From positions 1-64,000 of IMG/VR virus record IMGVR_UViG_3300045747_000527: a stretch of DNA of 64,000 nt. The stretch is one strand, 5' to 3'. Below, in pieces: positions 1 to 7,239 of this stretch. Every line of letters begins with the position of its first letter. The stretch's first letter is position 1. The notes below the pieces were generated by a model that worked only from the letters and a program-made list of their open reading frames with translations, was not told where the DNA came from and did not search any database. A program made the translations under genes and the position numbers. Origin of the DNA: a virus.

Positions 1-2
1 TG

Positions 3-173
3 TGGGCAGACGGTGATGCCAGGACCAACATGCTCAGAGCGGCAGTGCCCTACGTCGGGAGGGCTAAGGCCAGTGAGCACGATGCGATTAAACAGATCGA
101 GCACTATGTAGGAATTCCAGTGGTGATAAAATCCACTGGCCCCACCGCAGAGAACAAAGTCAGTCTTCTGTAG
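3..173 (+). CDS. 3' fragment of adenylosuccinate synthetase-like protein (PurA/PurZ family), truncated by window edge
   Basis: Own translation of frame 3: WADGDARTNMLRAAVPYVGRAKASEHDAIKQIEHYVGIPVVIKSTGPTAENKVSLL* (TAG 171-173). IKQIEHYVGIPVVIKSTGP matches the PurA C-terminal pattern I-x-x-I-E-x3-G-x-P-V-x-I-x-S-x-G-P. Only 56 aa are visible. Confidence 0.6.
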   Translation, partial: WADGDARTNMLRAAVPYVGRAKASEHDAIKQIEHYVGIPVVIKSTGPTAENKVSLL

Positions 174-192
174 AACAGCGCAGAAGTGGGAG

Positions 193-221
193 AGAGGCCA
201 CAGGGCCTCTTTTCTTTAGCC
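193..221 (+). terminator. hairpin terminator with TTTCTTTAGCC tail
   Basis: AGAGGCC-acag-GGCCTCT followed by TTTCTTTAGCC, 20 nt after the stop of the PurA-like gene. Confidence 0.7.
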
Positions 222-242
222 TGCAATATGAGCGGCTACGAG

Positions 243-250
243 GGTATAAG
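243..250 (+). promoter_or_regulatory. GGTATAAG promoter-like motif
   Basis: One of 11 identical intergenic 8-mers, upstream of the RBS (AGGAG) and ATG 270. Confidence 0.7.
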
Positions 251-269
251 ATCTGTAGAGAGGAGACAC

Positions 270-455
270 ATGCCCAACCCATTTGAGATCACCCTAGCCA
301 CCGGAGACGTAGCCAAGATCATAGTGCGCCACGACCGTACCGGCTGCTTCCTGGCTGTATACGACAGTGACAGCCAAGAGGACCCATTGATTCAGGCGAG
401 GCTAAGTCCCGCCGAAATACGAAATCTGCGCCTAGCCATCAACAAGGAGCCCTGA
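270..455 (+). CDS. hypothetical protein (61 aa)
   Basis: ORF 186..455 restarted at ATG 270, which follows an AGGAG RBS and the promoter motif. Confidence 0.65.
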   Translation: MPNPFEITLATGDVAKIIVRHDRTGCFLAVYDSDSQEDPLIQARLSPAEIRNLRLAINKEP

Positions 456-456
456 C

Positions 457-834
457 ATGACCGATAAATTCGAACTGCCCACGTCCGAAGACACCGCAGA
501 AGATTTGACCATCCAGATCCACTTTACTGCTGCTGACGCTAGAGCTTCCTCTCTTCTTGAGAAGAAGAATAAACGCGGCCAGTTTCAGTCACTGCTGAGG
601 AAATACCTGTTGGTCGTACAGGCTGAGCTGAACGGAGCAATGTCTAGCGCGATCAAACTCGGTCAATTTTCTACGGAGTTTGTCATGCCCACCCTCGTCA
701 GTTACCGCGAGTCGGACCAACTAGAGGTGCGTCGCATAGGGCGTGACCGCCTCATCCGCGCACTAAAGGAACTGGGCTTCAAAGTCACCCTTGCCCGAGG
801 CCACGCACTCACCCTCCACATTATGTGGGTATAG
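457..834 (+). CDS. hypothetical protein
   Basis: 125-aa ORF starting 1 nt after the previous stop. Confidence 0.7.
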   Translation: MTDKFELPTSEDTAEDLTIQIHFTAADARASSLLEKKNKRGQFQSLLRKYLLVVQAELNGAMSSAIKLGQFSTEFVMPTLVSYRESDQLEVRRIGRDRLIRALKELGFKVTLARGHALTLHIMWV

Positions 835-853
835 CTGGCAGTTCTACCTAACA

Positions 854-901
854 AGATCATGACACGCCACGGCTACTACCACTGTAGCCGAAGTGCATCA
901 A
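854..901. repeat. 48-bp dispersed direct repeat, copy 1 (stem-loop)
   Basis: AGATCATGACACGCCACGGCTACTACCACTGTAGCCGAAGTGCATCAA; 47/48 identical to 32817-32864; contains the CGGCTAC/GTAGCCG stem. Confidence 0.9.
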
Positions 902-916
902 TAAAGGAGAAACCAA

Positions 917-1354
917 ATGTCTGATCTACTCTACGCAATAGTGATTCTGCTACTGCTAGCCAACATGTGGCTCGTACCTGCTTTGTTCAAGTACAAGAGG
1001 CTGCTGAAGAAGGCCACAGATCTAGCTGTGCCTTTCCCACCGTCAGATATCGAGATAAAAAGCCCTGGGCGCAAATGGGTACCTTTGCGTACCCCCATGA
1101 TTTTGGGGCCCATGGCCAACGAACACGCCACTGCTAACACGTACGTGTACTGCCTGGACATGCGGCTATACCCAGATCGACTCACGTCGGAAGGGCCATG
1201 CCACTTACGTTGGCCAGACAGCAAAGGCAAGTGGTGCTCTGGTTGTGCTGACTTCGTGGAGATGAATACACAGTGCCGAGGCCCCACAGGTCCTAAGTGC
1301 CCACCGGGGCTAGACACAATACTTGGAGGAGGAGACCGTGAAAAAATTCGTTAG
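917..1354 (+). CDS. hypothetical protein with N-terminal hydrophobic (membrane) segment
   Basis: AAAGGAG RBS; N-terminus LLYAIVILLLLANMWLVPALF. Confidence 0.65.
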   Translation: MSDLLYAIVILLLLANMWLVPALFKYKRLLKKATDLAVPFPPSDIEIKSPGRKWVPLRTPMILGPMANEHATANTYVYCLDMRLYPDRLTSEGPCHLRWPDSKGKWCSGCADFVEMNTQCRGPTGPKCPPGLDTILGGGDREKIR

Positions 1355-1922
1355 CATCAACCGAGGTTTACCCGGATCGGGCAAAAGTGTACGAGCACAG
1401 TGGCTAGCTCGGGGGCTATCCGACAGCGTCGTGTGTTCCACGGATGATTACTTCACTGATTCAAACGGGGAATACCACTATGTCCCCGAGAACAGCAAAG
1501 AGGCTCACGCTGCTTGTCTGCGCAAATACGTCGAAGCTCTGCAGAACCCGTTCATCGCCGTGATCGTAGTGGACAACACCAACATTAGCGTGGCAGAGAT
1601 AGCGCCCTACTACGCCCTAGCTGAAGCGTACGGTGTCGCAGTAGATCTGATAACGATAGACTGTAGCCCGACATCCGCCCACGCACGTAACGTCCACGAC
1701 GTGCCCCTAAACACAGTAGTACGCATGTCCATGGAGATGATCTGCGAAGAAGCCAGATTTCCAACGTGGTGGGAACACAGCCACGTCACAGCCCCTGGAG
1801 AACTAGAACAGGTACGCGAGGAATGGGCGCTGGAAGAGATGGCCCGCATCAGGGCTGAGCACCCAATCATGGGACAAGAAGAGAAGGACCTACTGGAGGA
1901 GTGGGCAGGCATCATTCAGTAG
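1338..1922 (+). CDS. AAA_33 / polynucleotide-kinase-like P-loop kinase
   Basis: Walker A RGLPGSGKS, VIVVDNTN, and RNVHDVP motif typical of the N4BP2/AAA_33 kinases; GTG start after GGAGGAGGAG. Confidence 0.8.
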   Translation: MKKFVSINRGLPGSGKSVRAQWLARGLSDSVVCSTDDYFTDSNGEYHYVPENSKEAHAACLRKYVEALQNPFIAVIVVDNTNISVAEIAPYYALAEAYGVAVDLITIDCSPTSAHARNVHDVPLNTVVRMSMEMICEEARFPTWWEHSHVTAPGELEQVREEWALEEMARIRAEHPIMGQEEKDLLEEWAGIIQ

Positions 1923-1928
1923 ATTCCG

Positions 1929-1955
1929 GAGAAGGGCCCTCGCCTTCTCTAGCCC
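1929..1955 (+). terminator. hairpin terminator with TAGCCC tail
   Basis: GAGAAGG-gccctcg-CCTTCTC then TAGCCC, directly after the stop at 1922. Confidence 0.65.
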
Positions 1956-1979
1956 TTTGTGAAATGTTCACCGCAAGAA

Positions 1980-1987
1980 GGTATAAG
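1980..1987 (+). promoter_or_regulatory. GGTATAAG promoter-like motif
   Basis: Intergenic, upstream of ATG 2012; GTGAAA 17 nt before TATAAG. Confidence 0.7.
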
Positions 1988-2011
1988 AGATCTGACGATT
2001 GGAGATAGACC

Positions 2012-2506
2012 ATGCTTGACCCTGCCACACTTACTCAAGAAGAACGCGACATCTATGACACTGAACTTGCACAACTTAGTGGCTACGGCCTGAAAGGTAG
2101 TCGAGACGCGGTAGCCTCTGCTATACGGGCCGTGGAGAGGCACAGGCAACTGCGCTGCGGAAAGATGAAGGTCGGCCAGGGAGGAATAGAGGACCGCCAC
2201 AACGATAGGCGGTTCTCAGATACTACGTTCCCGTCCAATGCTGAGGAGCTACGGCAGCAATGCATAGATAAGATCTGCCTTCTACGGGGCGCTCCTCATG
2301 CTGCCTTCAAAACTCACCGAGGTATACGCAACTGGGTAGTCATTGCCCTGTCAACCTCTGTGGGCGAGCCCAGTGCCCGCAAGATACTCGGCATGAGTAA
2401 GGGCATGGTTACCGTGGCCGCCCGCGGCCTACCAGAGAGCTGGGTAACTGAGGCCAAGGCATTCGGGGCCACACTGAAACCTGTCTACCCAGTAAAGGAA
2501 GTCTAA
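2012..2506 (+). CDS. hypothetical protein
   Basis: 164-aa ORF after the promoter motif; stop overlaps the next ATG. Confidence 0.7.
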   Translation: MLDPATLTQEERDIYDTELAQLSGYGLKGSRDAVASAIRAVERHRQLRCGKMKVGQGGIEDRHNDRRFSDTTFPSNAEELRQQCIDKICLLRGAPHAAFKTHRGIRNWVVIALSTSVGEPSARKILGMSKGMVTVAARGLPESWVTEAKAFGATLKPVYPVKEV

Positions 2507-2868
2507 TGGAGTTCGAAAGCAATGAATTCAAACGAGATCTGTTCTCGGCGATACTACAAAAAGATGTGGTACAGGTCTTCGTCAACAAACATCCTGGTGT
2601 GGTGCTAGCTGATCAAGTTAAGCTGCCATGTATGCTTGAGTACGGTCTGAATATGGCCAATCCCATCACAGAGCTGACCGTAACCAAAGAAGGAATCTTC
2701 GCGACGATGTCCTTCGAAGCAACTCCCTGGGCCACCTTTGTTCCATGGGAGGCAGTCGCAGTTATCCGCTTAGCAGACCGATCTTTCGCAGTAGTGTGGA
2801 ACAAGAGAGATCTGCCGGCCGCACCGCACCGCCCGAGCCAAGACGTGGCCTCAAAGCTGTCTAGCTAG
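2506..2868 (+). CDS. sspB: SspB-like (stringent starvation protein B / ClpXP adaptor) protein
   Basis: PGVVL...LEYGLNMANPITELTVTKEGIFATMSF...TFVPWEAVAVI matches the SspB fold pattern (LSF...VPW). Confidence 0.7.
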   Translation: MEFESNEFKRDLFSAILQKDVVQVFVNKHPGVVLADQVKLPCMLEYGLNMANPITELTVTKEGIFATMSFEATPWATFVPWEAVAVIRLADRSFAVVWNKRDLPAAPHRPSQDVASKLSS

Positions 2869-2902
2869 CAGTCACGAGCAGAGAAAGTCTGATCAAGATA
2901 CG

Positions 2903-2910
2903 GGTATAAG
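2903..2910 (+). promoter_or_regulatory. GGTATAAG promoter-like motif
   Basis: Intergenic, upstream of small ORF 2950; GAGAAA 18 nt before TATAAG. Confidence 0.7.
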
Positions 2911-2949
2911 TATAGTGATCAGGCAGAAACGCCTAGAAAGGAGATTCTC

Positions 2950-3069
2950 ATGCGCGGATTCAGTCATGGATACGTGTCGAGCCTTCTGCTTGTGTGCTTC
3001 CTCTTGCTCGGCATCGCAATGGTCTGTGAGAAGGAAGAGGAAGCTGAGAACGGATTCGAGCCCCGCTAA
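2950..3069 (+). CDS. small single-pass membrane protein (39 aa; not in ORF track)
   Basis: AAAGGAG RBS; MRGFSHGYVSSLLLVCFLLLGIAMVCEKEEEAENGFEPR*. Confidence 0.65.
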   Translation: MRGFSHGYVSSLLLVCFLLLGIAMVCEKEEEAENGFEPR

Positions 3070-3085
3070 ACCAGAAAGGATCAAA

Positions 3086-3436
3086 ATGCCCTACGTATGT
3101 GCGACCTGTCAGAAACCCAGGAAGAGAAACCAAATGCGCATGGCCAGCGGTACTAAGCCGACTAAGTACTGCAAGACCTGCGTGAAGGAGAAGATCAACG
3201 CCGCCCGCGCAAAGGCCCCTGAGCTGCCGAACATGGAAGACGTGAATAGCGCCCTCCAGTTGAGCAACGGCGACTCAGCCCTACTCATGTCCCACGCCAC
3301 CAAGGTCGTGGACTTCTTCGCCGCTCAGGATGAAGTGGTGCGCGAGATCAAATTCGTGTACGAGCCCCATGGGGACGGTTCCCAAATACTCCGCCGCGTG
3401 GAGGCTGTGACGGTCAAGCACAGGCAGTACGCATGA
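3086..3436 (+). CDS. hypothetical protein with N-terminal CxxC...CxxC zinc finger
   Basis: Start MPYVCATC after AAAGGA; CATC...CKTC. Confidence 0.7.
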   Translation: MPYVCATCQKPRKRNQMRMASGTKPTKYCKTCVKEKINAARAKAPELPNMEDVNSALQLSNGDSALLMSHATKVVDFFAAQDEVVREIKFVYEPHGDGSQILRRVEAVTVKHRQYA

Positions 3437-3822
3437 GCGAGCTCACCACAGTCCAGCTCAAGTTCGCAAAGTACGTGGACTTCAGGAAGTGCGAGTACAC
3501 ACACTGGAAGGAGAATGCTGCTCGCACCGCACTCTTGAAAGCAAGTGAATGCGCGCTGTTCATCAGCAATAACGGCCAGCTGCTGCGGTTCGTTTGGAAA
3601 CCCAGAACGCTAGCCAACCTGGCGTTCGAAGGGTCGCAGGATACTGTCGTGTCCTCGCGACTGTTTCGCATCACCAGGAAAGACGGGGACTCTCCGGGTC
3701 ACTGGAGTCCTTACATGCTCCAGAACTACGCAGAAAGCGAAGGCCTGAAACTCGAAGGATACAAGACCTTCGCGGAACACTTCAACCGAATGCAGGAACT
3801 GAAGAAGAAACCAAGAGAGTGA
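3433..3822 (+). CDS. hypothetical protein
   Basis: 129-aa ORF with ATGA overlap to the previous gene. Confidence 0.7.
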   Translation: MSELTTVQLKFAKYVDFRKCEYTHWKENAARTALLKASECALFISNNGQLLRFVWKPRTLANLAFEGSQDTVVSSRLFRITRKDGDSPGHWSPYMLQNYAESEGLKLEGYKTFAEHFNRMQELKKKPRE

Positions 3823-3829
3823 TCTTGGG

Positions 3830-3855
3830 GAGAAAGGCCCTCGCTTTCTCTAGCC
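3830..3855 (+). terminator. hairpin terminator with TAGCC tail
   Basis: GAGAAAG-gccctcg-CTTTCTC then TAGCC; same loop as 1929-1955 with a compensatory base-pair change in the stem. Confidence 0.7.
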
Positions 3856-3875
3856 GTAAAACGATCTCAGATAAC

Positions 3876-3883
3876 GGTATAAG
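3876..3883 (+). promoter_or_regulatory. GGTATAAG promoter-like motif
   Basis: Intergenic, upstream of AAGGAGG RBS and GTG 3914. Confidence 0.7.
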
Positions 3884-3913
3884 TACTCTGTCACCAACCT
3901 AAGGAGGACTACC

Positions 3914-4429
3914 GTGTCTAACAGCTACTACCAGTTCTGCGTAGAGATCGAAAACCTGGGCGTCAGACAAGTGAAGTGGCTCAACAAGCTTCTTACTTTC
4001 GTCACCCCAGAAAAAGAAGAGGAACAAACTTATGACTTCATCTGCAGGGAACTAGGGCTAACCCCACGAGAGGTGGCGGATTGGATCAGCTTCCCCGACT
4101 TTGAGTGGAGGGTTATGCCGGGACATACCCAGCGGAGTCGAGCCAGTATTGTCATGTACTCCAACGAAAACGGCAGCCTGGAACAGGTGGCGCTCGTTGC
4201 CCATGCCTTACTCAAGAAGTTCAACCGCGATGACGTGCTCTGGTTCACCGCAGCCGCTACATCCTCGAAGTCCCGCGTGAACGAATTTGTCGGAGACTCA
4301 GTCTGGGTCACCAAAAGAGGTTGCTACTGGAGTAATCCAGTAGAACGTGCGATACACGACGCCCTCAAATCACAGGAAGATCAAACTGTCGAGTTCGAGG
4401 AAATGACCGTCAGTATCCACATCAAGTAG
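3914..4429 (+). CDS. hypothetical protein
   Basis: 171-aa ORF with strong RBS AAGGAGG. Confidence 0.75.
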   Translation: MSNSYYQFCVEIENLGVRQVKWLNKLLTFVTPEKEEEQTYDFICRELGLTPREVADWISFPDFEWRVMPGHTQRSRASIVMYSNENGSLEQVALVAHALLKKFNRDDVLWFTAAATSSKSRVNEFVGDSVWVTKRGCYWSNPVERAIHDALKSQEDQTVEFEEMTVSIHIK

Positions 4430-4439
4430 GAGTCAGAGA

Positions 4440-4658
4440 ATGCCCCAACAGTACATACTATTCGAAGAAGCAGAAGCAGTGCACGATACCGACGACGGCC
4501 TGAAAGTGAGCATCGGCGGTGGTGAAGCCATCTGGATACCAAAGACCGCTATCCACGAGGATTCTGAAACCTACAAAAAAGGTACCTCGGGAAATCTCAT
4601 CATCGCCAAGTGGCTGGCAGACAAGAACAAGTTGGAAGGGGAGGACTATGGCCTATAA
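4440..4658 (+). CDS. hypothetical protein
   Basis: 72-aa ORF, AGGAG RBS. Confidence 0.7.
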   Translation: MPQQYILFEEAEAVHDTDDGLKVSIGGGEAIWIPKTAIHEDSETYKKGTSGNLIIAKWLADKNKLEGEDYGL

Positions 4659-4917
4659 GAAAGGACAGTACGTCCGCTCCCGCGGCGGCTACCCAGCCCG
4701 TGCCCTGGGCTACAACACTCTCTGCCTGCGTATGACCCAAGACGGCAAATTGCTGCTGGATAGCATACGTCAAAACGACGTGACCGTGCGGCCGAACCAA
4801 GTGCCTACCATGGAACAGGTTGACGAGTTCTTGCGTACCCACGGAGACGCCCACACAGCCTCCCTATCCTTCGCAGAAGCGATGATTGCCCCATCCCGAG
4901 GCATCCGTAAGGCCTAG
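4648..4917 (+). CDS. hypothetical protein
   Basis: Start MAYKKGQY after GGAGG (within track ORF 4519..4917). Confidence 0.65.
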   Translation: MAYKKGQYVRSRGGYPARALGYNTLCLRMTQDGKLLLDSIRQNDVTVRPNQVPTMEQVDEFLRTHGDAHTASLSFAEAMIAPSRGIRKA

Positions 4918-4962
4918 TCACCCCGCCTCGCTAATGCACGCGGAAGAGGGGTAGGATATTTG

Positions 4963-4970
4963 GGTATAAG
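4963..4970 (+). promoter_or_regulatory. GGTATAAG promoter-like motif
   Basis: Intergenic, upstream of ATG 4996. Confidence 0.7.
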
Positions 4971-4995
4971 GTAGGTAGAAAGGAAACGGTGCATT

Positions 4996-5247
4996 ATGTG
5001 TGAACACCAGTGTGCTTGTCCTCTTTGCGTCACTGAACGTGGCATTCAGACTTCAAGGCTGGAGCTTGTGGGGCTGGTTCGAGGATCTTCGGCGTGGCTT
5101 GCTGCTCGGGAAAAGTTGGAGACCTTCACAAAGATCCAAGCGATGCTCCACCAGTACATCGACGCTCGACAGATAGCCTTTCACGAAGCAGTGGAGTGTG
5201 GGGGCGTCCCAAGTGCTGGCGGTGGCCCCTCAGATCGCGCGAACTAA
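4996..5247 (+). CDS. hypothetical protein
   Basis: 83-aa ORF between a promoter motif and a terminator; N-terminal Cys/His cluster. Confidence 0.6.
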   Translation: MCEHQCACPLCVTERGIQTSRLELVGLVRGSSAWLAAREKLETFTKIQAMLHQYIDARQIAFHEAVECGGVPSAGGGPSDRAN

Positions 5248-5253
5248 GAGCCT

Positions 5254-5285
5254 GCACACACGAAAGTGTGTGCTTTCTCTTGCCC
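5254..5285 (+). terminator. hairpin terminator with TTTCTCTTGCCC tail
   Basis: GCACACA-cgaaag-TGTGTGC then TTTCTCTTGCCC. Confidence 0.7.
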
Positions 5286-5312
5286 ATGATCGGCAAAACT
5301 CCAGTAGCACAA

Positions 5313-5320
5313 GGTATAAG
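5313..5320 (+). promoter_or_regulatory. GGTATAAG promoter-like motif
   Basis: Intergenic; GGCAAA 17 nt before TATAAG; upstream of AAGGAGG RBS. Confidence 0.7.
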
Positions 5321-5351
5321 TACCTTGATCTAGTTACGTAAGGAGGATTTC

Positions 5352-5567
5352 TTGCCAACCTACAGAGTCAACCAATTGAACACGAAGACAAAGAGCTGGT
5401 CCACCGCTGGCTCCGTTATCGCGAACTCCTTCCTAGAAGCAGTGTCGCAAGTACTCCAGAGCTTCGCAGGTATGAGAGTGCGGAGATCTAAAACGGGCTT
5501 CACCGTAAAGGAGGCTGGAGTCAAGGTCATTGTGACTGAGGATCAAAGTGCCGTCACAGGAAAGTAG
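5352..5567 (+). CDS. hypothetical protein
   Basis: 71-aa ORF, TTG start after AAGGAGG. Confidence 0.65.
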   Translation: MPTYRVNQLNTKTKSWSTAGSVIANSFLEAVSQVLQSFAGMRVRRSKTGFTVKEAGVKVIVTEDQSAVTGK

Positions 5568-5697
5568 CTGGAGTCATCTGCCCGTCCTCATCCTATTCCT
5601 GTTCAGTCTATTCATGCTGACTTGGCGGGTGGTGTATCCAGAGGACTTTAAGTGCAGCGGCCAAGATTGCCTGATTACTCATCCGAACGAACCCTAG
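5548..5697 (+). CDS. small membrane protein (49 aa; not in ORF track)
   Basis: GTG start after GAGG; MPSQESSWSHLPVLILFLFSLFMLTWRVVYPEDFKCSGQDCLITHPNEP*; fills the gap before 5705. Confidence 0.55.
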   Translation: MPSQESSWSHLPVLILFLFSLFMLTWRVVYPEDFKCSGQDCLITHPNEP

Positions 5698-5704
5698 GAG
5701 ACCC

Positions 5705-5995
5705 ATGGCCTACATCATTGGTGCGCTAACTAGCAAAGAAAAAGCCACCCTCCGTAAACGTGGGTGGGACGTAGAACCGATCACACCGGTCACGCTGGCA
5801 GAGCTCAACAAAAAGTGCCTGAGCTTGGTGTTTGTAGACAGCAGCATGTTCAATGTCATGTCAGGACCAAACTGGGATAAGGGGAATCTCGATGAAAGTA
5901 CTGCTCAAAACCGACCTGGGAGATATCGAGCTCTGCGACTGGAGACGCGAGTTAGTAGACGCCTGCCACGAAATCTTCGGAGAAAAACCAAATGA
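5705..5995 (+). CDS. hypothetical protein
   Basis: AGGAG RBS; ATGA overlap with the next gene; the C-terminal half overlaps an alternative ORF starting at 5892. Confidence 0.55.
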   Translation: MAYIIGALTSKEKATLRKRGWDVEPITPVTLAELNKKCLSLVFVDSSMFNVMSGPNWDKGNLDESTAQNRPGRYRALRLETRVSRRLPRNLRRKTK

Positions 5996-6288
5996 GCCAA
6001 ATCAACCTGCCCAAAGACCCCCTGAACGAGTTCACCCCAAAGCCCGCGACAAGACACCCGCTCCTAGTGTGCCCAAGGTGCCCAAACGACGACGTAACTA
6101 AGTTCTCCGCGAGAGAGAGCAACATCTTCAACGTCATGAAGGTTACTCCGGCGGGTGGTAAGCTACTTCTCGAACTCAAGGAGAACATACTTGACGACGC
6201 GAAGTACACACTATTCTGCGAAAGGTGTACCTGCGAGTTCAAGGTTGACTTCGACGACCTGATTTTCGACGAAGCCCAAGTAGAGTAG
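5992..6288 (+). CDS. zinc-ribbon protein
   Basis: CPRC...CERC pairs. Confidence 0.7.
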   Translation: MSQINLPKDPLNEFTPKPATRHPLLVCPRCPNDDVTKFSARESNIFNVMKVTPAGGKLLLELKENILDDAKYTLFCERCTCEFKVDFDDLIFDEAQVE

Positions 6289-6297
6289 AGTCGGACC

Positions 6298-6519
6298 ATG
6301 AGCATCAAAGATCTGTGGTCCCATGTACGAGGTTACGCACACCTCGTGCGCAGCACAATCAATCGCCTCGTGTTCAAGGGCTGGAGCAGAGACAGAGAGT
6401 ACTACTCCGTCTCCCTGTTCCGCTTTGAGGTGCGCCGATGGAAACAGACCAAGCGGTGGGACATCATCCTGTGGTGGCCCAAACTTCGCGTGATCAAAGG
6501 AAAGGTAGAAAGACCATGA
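6298..6519 (+). CDS. hypothetical basic Trp-rich protein
   Basis: 73-aa ORF with ATGA overlap to the next gene. Confidence 0.6.
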   Translation: MSIKDLWSHVRGYAHLVRSTINRLVFKGWSRDREYYSVSLFRFEVRRWKQTKRWDIILWWPKLRVIKGKVERP

Positions 6520-6899
6520 GAAAGCCTAAGCAACCGCCGGCTCAGACAATCTGCTGCCCGCGATGTAACACATCCAGTACGTGCGAACCGCACCAGTTAG
6601 CAGCCTTCAGCGTAGTGCAGCCACAAGAACTCGTCTGCCCGGTGTACCTAGTCGGTGGCCTACCCATGGTTGACCTGGACGAGGAGACCTTGCAAGAGGG
6701 CGCAAGCCACAAACTGCTCTTGTGTGATCATTGCGGTCACCTATTCCGGCTACCAGACTGGATGAGTGATACTGTGTACCGCACGGACAACGCGTCCATG
6801 AGAGACCACCCAGCAAGAGAAATCGCTGCAGCAAGAGAACACCTACACAACGTACTGAGGGAAAGGAACAAGACCTGTGGGAAAAACAAGAAGGCCTAG
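6516..6899 (+). CDS. zinc-ribbon protein (probable paralogue of 5992..6288)
   Basis: Start MRKPKQ; CPRC...CDHC. Confidence 0.65.
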   Translation: MRKPKQPPAQTICCPRCNTSSTCEPHQLAAFSVVQPQELVCPVYLVGGLPMVDLDEETLQEGASHKLLLCDHCGHLFRLPDWMSDTVYRTDNASMRDHPAREIAAAREHLHNVLRERNKTCGKNKKA

Positions 6900-7170
6900 C
6901 CGAGACGACAGAGAGTACGAGACCTTTGCCGGGTGGAATCCATCCTCGCGAGGATGCTCCGGCCCTCCCCTGCCGACAACACAGCCAGTAGCGCCAGTCA
7001 CCGTCCCTACCGGCATTGATCAGACGCATAAGTGCGCGGATTGCCCTAACACGTTCGTGTTCACTGCCATCGATCAAGTTTTCTTCGCAGAGAAGCAGCT
7101 ATCTCCTCCACGACGCTGCCGCGAATGTCGTGCCAAACGACGCGCAGCCCGAGAAGCATCTCGAACCTGA
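6877..7170 (+). CDS. protein with C-terminal zf-trcl-type zinc ribbon
   Basis: CADCPNTFVFTAIDQVFFAEKQLSPPRRCRECR matches CxxC-x3-FxF-x3-(E/D)Q-x-F-x7-P-x-RCxxCR; start uncertain. Confidence 0.7.
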   Translation: MGKTRRPSRDDREYETFAGWNPSSRGCSGPPLPTTQPVAPVTVPTGIDQTHKCADCPNTFVFTAIDQVFFAEKQLSPPRRCRECRAKRRAAREASRT

Positions 7171-7191
7171 CACAAACACCTTTGATCTGAG

Positions 7192-7199
7192 GGTATAAG
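7192..7199 (+). promoter_or_regulatory. GGTATAAG promoter-like motif
   Basis: Intergenic; CACAAA 17 nt before TATAAG; upstream of ATG 7240. Confidence 0.7.
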
Positions 7200-7208
7200 A
7201 GTCACGGT

Positions 7209-7226
7209 AGGGCATAGCTATGCCCT
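7209..7226. promoter_or_regulatory. perfect 18-bp palindrome (operator or leader hairpin)
   Basis: AGGGCATAGCTATGCCCT is its own reverse complement; lies between the promoter motif and the RBS. Confidence 0.5.
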
Positions 7227-7239
7227 CAGAAAGGAATTC

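Noticed and set aside
5310-5327. N4-style DNA hairpin promoter (CAAGGTA-taag-TACCTTG around the 5313 motif)
   Set aside because: Perfect only at this copy; the other ten GGTATAAG sites form at most 2-4 bp.
5892-6101. Alternative ORF MKVLLKTDLG...
   Set aside because: It overlaps both 5705..5995 and 5992..6288 heavily; I cannot decide from sequence alone.
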